Part shown: one piece after another, positions 59,138 to 64,000 of the stretch
Layout of the letters: every line of letters starts with the position of its first letter
How positions within the stretch are numbered: the stretch's first letter is position 1
Assembly: GCA_037189525.1 (NCBI GenBank)
Contig: JBBCJC010000005.1
Coordinates: 448,001 to 512,000, forward strand
Length of the DNA: 64,000 nt
Source: Gemmatimonadales bacterium
GTDB lineage: Bacteria > Gemmatimonadota > Gemmatimonadetes > Gemmatimonadales > GWC2-71-9
Reading direction: 5' to 3'
The notes under the pieces: generated by a model
Databases searched by the model: none
Told to the model about the DNA's origin: nothing
The model's input: the letters and a program-made list of their open reading frames with translations, nothing else
Position numbers and translations under genes: made by a program

Positions 59138-61200
59138 CAGAACCACCTCCCGATCCGGAGATAGAGCGCATCGCGGCGCGACGTCGTGAACCCGTACCCC
59201 ACCTCGATCGGGCCGGCCGGCGTCTCGGCGCCGAGACCGATCCGCGCTCCGGACAACCAGTCTCGAGCCTGGGGACCGGATGACCAGGCTCGGCCCGTCG
59301 CCAGCTGGAGGCGGACCTCGAGCGGACGCACCACGGCCATGCCGAGATTGAGCGCGCCCATCAGTTCCCGGGTTCCTCGCCGCTCACCGTGATGGATCCC
59401 CGGAAACCCGTCGTTGCCACCGAGCGGGAACGTGAGTTGCACCGGAAGGTCCGATGACCCCAGGCCCGCTCGCACGACCGGCGCCACCCGCCACCGGCGT
59501 CGCACGACCGGCCAGGACACCGTGGCGCGCGCCCGCTGAAAAGCCTCCGTAACCAGGGCATCTCCCGTCACCTCCAAGCCCTCCTGCCCGGTGCGAGACA
59601 GGCGCGCGGACCCGCCGAGTGTCGCGTTGCCGCGCGTGGCCTCGGATCCCCACGTCATCACATCACCCCCGACCGCTGCTCGCCAGCCGGGCGCAAAGCG
59701 GACTTCCACTCCCGCCGTGACACGCGCATGGGTGGTCACCAGATGCGGCAGCTCGGTCCCATCCTCCGTAAAATCGCGGATATCGTCCGATCGAACCCGG
59801 ATCGTCATATGCGGAGCGACCGAAGACCACCCTCCCCTGGTATGCCAGAGGACCGATCCGAACAATTCCTGCTGATACTTACCAAGCGATGCCAACACGC
59901 TTCCCTCGAGCGTGGTTCCCGCCAATCGCCGATCGAACAGGCCGAGCCAGATCTTGCCGCCCCATTCGTGATCGTACGCGAGTCCGCCGCCCCCGACGGT
60001 ACGCGGTACCGGCATCGGCTCGAGCCGGAGATAGACGCTGTCGCCGTGTCCAACCGGGTTGAGCCAGGCACCCCGGAATGATTCGATCTCCGCCAGGCTC
60101 AGCAACCCGGCGCGCAGGTGATTCACGTCGAGGCGTCGGGGTGCCACCAGTGGCAGCATTCGCCGGAGCAGCGTCCCGTCGCTGGCAATTCCGCTCGTCA
60201 CGCTCCATCCGCTCAGCACCGACGGTACCGCCGCCTCCGGAGTTTGCTCGGAACGGGTCAGGCATTGAGCGCGCAGCATGGTGGTGTCCGCCGCGCGGCG
60301 GCCGTGCCTCAGAATCTCGGCGATGGTCTCGGGTGAAAAATCCAACGAGCGATAGTCCTGCACCGCCGGTCGTACATAGATATCGTTCGGACCAAGCGGA
60401 GTCTCAGCCTGATTGAAGAGAAATCCGATCAGCTGTTCCGCCAGCCCGAAGGGCGACTCGGGATCGAGATCGGTGGAGAGGCGCGCCGTCACATCCACCA
60501 CGATGACGCGATCCGCGCCGGCTTTCCGCGCTTCGGCAATCGGGATGTTCGCCGAGAGTCCGCCGTCGACGAGGACGGCGCCGTTCATCACGACCGGGGG
60601 GAAGACGAGTGGTACCGCACTGCTCGCGCGCACGGCCCGGGCCAGATCGCCGTCTCGGATCACCACGGTTTCGCGGGTGCGCAGATCGGTCGCGACGGCT
60701 CGGAAAGGAATCGGGAGCCGATCGAAGTCGCCCCGGGCAATCAGATTGCCGCGCAGCAGCGCCGCATTGAGCCGGGCATTGGGCCGGCTCTCGTCGACCA
60801 CACCCGTCTGGAACTCGAATCCGTTGCGCCCGCGTACCATGAACACGAGCGGCAAGCGATCGTCCCAGGCGTCAGGCGCGGTAACCCGGAATGGACGGAC
60901 GATATCGGCGAGCGGCAGGGTTCGCGTGAGAGAGTCGATCTGGCGGGCGGAGTACCCGCTGGCATACATGCCGCCGACGATGGCGCCGATACTCGTGCCG
61001 ACGATCAGATCGGGACGAAAACCGATCCGATCGAGCGCTTCGAGCATCCCGATATGCGCAATCCCTTTGACCCCGCCGCCACTCAACACCAGCGCGGTCC
61101 GCATCGGCCGGCAGGCTGCTTCCTGCGCGCCGAGACTCCAGGGCCAGGCCAGCGCCACCACACACACGAGCCATCGGATCAACATCAGAGGAGAACGCAC
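59137..61200 (-). CDS. Patatin-like phospholipase fused to an outer-membrane beta-barrel (PlpD/type Vd-like)
   Basis: GGGVKG, GTSIG and DGG motifs; amphipathic C-terminal strands ending YLRIGRWF. Confidence 0.82.
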   Translation of the reverse strand: MRSPLMLIRWLVCVVALAWPWSLGAQEAACRPMRTALVLSGGGVKGIAHIGMLEALDRIGFRPDLIVGTSIGAIVGGMYASGYSARQIDSLTRTLPLADIVRPFRVTAPDAWDDRLPLVFMVRGRNGFEFQTGVVDESRPNARLNAALLRGNLIARGDFDRLPIPFRAVATDLRTRETVVIRDGDLARAVRASSAVPLVFPPVVMNGAVLVDGGLSANIPIAEARKAGADRVIVVDVTARLSTDLDPESPFGLAEQLIGFLFNQAETPLGPNDIYVRPAVQDYRSLDFSPETIAEILRHGRRAADTTMLRAQCLTRSEQTPEAAVPSVLSGWSVTSGIASDGTLLRRMLPLVAPRRLDVNHLRAGLLSLAEIESFRGAWLNPVGHGDSVYLRLEPMPVPRTVGGGGLAYDHEWGGKIWLGLFDRRLAGTTLEGSVLASLGKYQQELFGSVLWHTRGGWSSVAPHMTIRVRSDDIRDFTEDGTELPHLVTTHARVTAGVEVRFAPGWRAAVGGDVMTWGSEATRGNATLGGSARLSRTGQEGLEVTGDALVTEAFQRARATVSWPVVRRRWRVAPVVRAGLGSSDLPVQLTFPLGGNDGFPGIHHGERRGTRELMGALNLGMAVVRPLEVRLQLATGRAWSSGPQARDWLSGARIGLGAETPAGPIEVGYGFTTSRRDALYLRIGRWF

Positions 61201-62615
61201 TACGATTCCAGATTGTAGACCTGACGATTGTTCTGGTAGAGAATCATCCGCGCCGCGTCCAGCGCCTCCGACTCATCCAGAATGCCTTCTCGAACGTACA
61301 CGGCCAAGGCGCCAGCCAGGTATCGTTTACCCCAGCGCGCAGCAAGCCAGTACAGCTCGGGAACGTGGTACGCATCACTGCCAAAGAGGATCTTCGACAA
61401 CGGCACCGCTTCCATGATCTGGAGGAATCGAAGCATGATTCCCTGGTGCGCAAAGGGAGTCATGATCGACGTTTCGAAGTAGACGTTGGTGTACAGGTGG
61501 CTGAGCCACGCGGCCTCGCCCACGAGCGGATACCCCGCGTGGATCGGGATGATCTTGGGCATCCGCATCACGCCGTCCTTGTCGAATCGGGCGACTTCCT
61601 CCAGGTAATATGGATGCTGGTTTCGAAGGATGACGTACGGCGCTTCACCATCGCCGGCGTGGAACTGCATCGGCATGTCCCGCGTCAGGCACTCCTCCAG
61701 CGCAAGGGTCAGGAGCCGCTCGCGCAATACTTGCCCGCGCCGGGCCCGATCTCCCCGCGCTTCGCCTCGATCGGTTCGGGTCCGCCGATACTCGGTCCAT
61801 GATTGGGCCGCCACCCCGTCATCGTATTGTGGCGTGATCAATCCGACATCAGGCAGCAAATAGGATTTCATCCCGTAGGAACGCGCCCCGTAGTTACCGG
61901 TGCCGTCGAGCGCCTCACGAACGCGCGCCACGAAGCGGTCGCGCAGGTCGGGATACGGGATGTCCTCATCCATCAGATCATCGGCGAGGGCCTCGACCCG
62001 GGCGATGTGGCGCGTACGGCTCGGTTGGATTGCGGACGCAAATCGCTGGATCCCCGCCTGGTCGAGCGAATCGGTGAAGCCGGTATCGAGCATCACGTTT
62101 TCGATTCGGGCATCGCGGAACAAGGCATTGATGTAGCCGAAGTAGTCGCGGCCCTTGGCATTCCGCGCTTCGATCACGGCAGGAAGGGTTGGTGCGCAAC
62201 CGAGGAATGCGGCCATCTCCTTCACCATGAACTTGGCGAAGATGCTCGTCTCGAACTGCCGATTGATCGAACGCAGGGTATCGGCAATTCGATATTGCGC
62301 GTCCAATCGTGCCCGGGTCGCCGCGTCTCCCTGCTGCCACTCCCGAAACGCCCCCCGAGGGAAATAGAACGGCGCCGGAAACGCGGCCAGCGAGATCCGC
62401 TCCAGAAACCGATCCGCTGTCGTCTCCGCGTCGGCGTCCGAGATCGGATGCGCGTGGCCGTCATCCACCGGCATCTGCGCAATGGCCTCCCGAAGCCGCT
62501 CGCCGACGGCATCGACCCTGCCGTCATCGGCACAGGAGGACACCATCATCGCTCCACTTCCCAGGAGCCCGCCGGCCAGCCCCGCGGCGCCGAGAAATCC
62601 TCGTCGTGTCGTCAT
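61200..62615 (-). CDS. Tat-signal amidohydrolase (FluG N-terminal domain-like)
   Basis: TRRGFL Tat motif; DGHAH, QFHAGDG, IHAGYP, FGSDA. Confidence 0.8.
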   Translation of the reverse strand: MTTRRGFLGAAGLAGGLLGSGAMMVSSCADDGRVDAVGERLREAIAQMPVDDGHAHPISDADAETTADRFLERISLAAFPAPFYFPRGAFREWQQGDAATRARLDAQYRIADTLRSINRQFETSIFAKFMVKEMAAFLGCAPTLPAVIEARNAKGRDYFGYINALFRDARIENVMLDTGFTDSLDQAGIQRFASAIQPSRTRHIARVEALADDLMDEDIPYPDLRDRFVARVREALDGTGNYGARSYGMKSYLLPDVGLITPQYDDGVAAQSWTEYRRTRTDRGEARGDRARRGQVLRERLLTLALEECLTRDMPMQFHAGDGEAPYVILRNQHPYYLEEVARFDKDGVMRMPKIIPIHAGYPLVGEAAWLSHLYTNVYFETSIMTPFAHQGIMLRFLQIMEAVPLSKILFGSDAYHVPELYWLAARWGKRYLAGALAVYVREGILDESEALDAARMILYQNNRQVYNLES

Positions 62616-63355
62616 ATCCCCGCGTACCAGGAGTATCCGTACTTCACTACCATGGCTCCCGTCCCGTCTTCGATCTGGTCGATCCGGTCGGTAACCTGAA
62701 TCGATTTGACGAACTTGAGGCTCTTGTAGCCCAGCTGGCGCTCTACCCGAAGCCGGATCGGCGCACCGTGCTTGACCGGGACGTCGCCGCCGTTCATCCC
62801 GTACGCCAGGACGGTCTGGGGATGCAGCGCGTCGAACATGTCGAGACTGTCCCACCAGCCGTCGACACAATGGAAAACCACATAGCGCGCCTCCGGCCGG
62901 ATGGCGGCCGCCTCCAGCACGTGATGCAGCGACACCCCCGTCCACTCCGCGATCGCCGACCAACCCTGCTCACAGTTGTGCTGCGTCACCTGGGTGCGCG
63001 CCGGCATACTCCGGAGCATTTCCAACGACAGCGCCAGCGGTTTGCCCACCAATCCGGTCACCGGGAGACGCCACTCCGCGAACCCGCCCGCCCGGAGACG
63101 CTGGTACTCCTCATCCTCGGGATCGACGGTATTGATGGCCGGAAAATTCGCGGAGATCATGCCGCGATCGAACTCGCGCGCAAACGGCTGCTTCCTGAGC
63201 AGAACCCGATGCGAAGCGAAGGTCAGCGCTTCGCCAATGCCCAGCAGGCTACCGTACGTCGGCGGCAGGAAACCCTGGCATCCGGTCAGCGCCGCGCTGC
63301 CGGCCACCGCGGCCATCGCCGCCAGCAACTGGCGCCGAGTCAACGGCTCTGACAT
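62612..63355 (-). CDS. Tat-exported sulfite-oxidase-family molybdoenzyme (MsrP/YedY-like)
   Basis: TRRQLL plus LTGC; HNCEQGWS Mo-ligand Cys; HGAPIRL, GYKSLK. Confidence 0.88.
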   Translation of the reverse strand: MSEPLTRRQLLAAMAAVAGSAALTGCQGFLPPTYGSLLGIGEALTFASHRVLLRKQPFAREFDRGMISANFPAINTVDPEDEEYQRLRAGGFAEWRLPVTGLVGKPLALSLEMLRSMPARTQVTQHNCEQGWSAIAEWTGVSLHHVLEAAAIRPEARYVVFHCVDGWWDSLDMFDALHPQTVLAYGMNGGDVPVKHGAPIRLRVERQLGYKSLKFVKSIQVTDRIDQIEDGTGAMVVKYGYSWYAGI

Positions 63356-64000
63356 CAGACCTCCTCGTCGGCGGATCGAACCCCGACCGTCATGGCCCGC
63401 ACCTGACGCCGAAATCCGGAAAGCGTCACCATCAGCAGATGCACTGCCAGGAACAGGACCAGACCGGCCGACGTCAGGAAATGCACCGTGCGCGCCGACT
63501 GTCGCCCGCCGAACAACGTGAACAGCTCGGGATAGGCCGCCGTCACCGCCGGCGACATGGTGAGGCCGGACAGGATCATCACCGGCGTCAGGATGAAGAT
63601 GACGAACAGATAGGCCGTCTTCTGCAGCAAAGAGTATCGCGGACCGGCGCCACCGCGTGGAATCCGTAGCGTCAGATGATTGCGGATCTCCGCCACCAGG
63701 CTCGGTTTGGCAAACTCCTCGCGGCGCGGCAGCAGATGACGGCGGAAATGGCGACCGACGAGGCCGGACACCAGGTAGATCACACCATTGATGACGAAGA
63801 CCCAGGCCGCGAGGAAATGCAGGCTGCGTCCCCACCCCGTATGCGACAGGTTGGTCTCGATCGGAAATTCGAAGAGCGCGGGCAGCCCGAAATAGCCGTC
63901 CTCGCCCCAATACAGGCGTGGATGGGCAATCAGAATGGCAATACCACTGACGACCAGCGCCACGAAGCTGACGCTGTTGAGCGTGTGGGTGATCCGCACC
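63355..64000 (-). CDS. Cytochrome b/b6-domain membrane protein, 5' truncated by the window edge
   Basis: RITH, RSLHF, YSLLQK, ARTVHF, VHL heme-ligand His pattern. Confidence 0.85.
   Translation of the reverse strand, partial: VRITHTLNSVSFVALVVSGIAILIAHPRLYWGEDGYFGLPALFEFPIETNLSHTGWGRSLHFLAAWVFVINGVIYLVSGLVGRHFRRHLLPRREEFAKPSLVAEIRNHLTLRIPRGGAGPRYSLLQKTAYLFVIFILTPVMILSGLTMSPAVTAAYPELFTLFGGRQSARTVHFLTSAGLVLFLAVHLLMVTLSGFRRQVRAMTVGVRSADEEV

Overview
High-GC bacterial chromosomal window, probably Gemmatimonadota. This is inferred from the tRNA-Gln/prs/rplY/pth/ychF block, the beta-propeller lipoprotein and the many secreted peptidases, and was not verified by search. It holds about 57 genes: copA-cueR; housekeeping translation genes with a membrane pyrophosphatase; a Fic protein; an RpiR-regulated gamma-glutamylation amine catabolic operon; a guanidine-II riboswitch with gdx; lipid A-modifying candidates; a CzcCBA-type efflux system with a two-component pair; a sigma54 two-component locus; LemA-DUF2207; a DEAD helicase; an ATP-grasp/LLM monooxygenase/flavin oxidoreductase operon; and a Tat molybdoenzyme/cytochrome b operon. 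No CRISPR array, transposase or integrase was seen. The strongest novelties are in intergenic DNA that the ORF track misses. (1) A leaderless 32-aa peptide ending in four TGT (Cys) codons sits directly upstream of the ATP-grasp/LLM operon. (2) A classical 1:2/2:3/3:4 transcription attenuator with a CCFECF leader peptide precedes a phenylalanine-hydroxylase homologue that has lost an iron ligand. (3) There is a complete sigma54 enhancer-IHF-promoter architecture. (4) A candidate structured RNA lies upstream of a CNNM/CorC transporter. All product calls come from motif recognition by eye.
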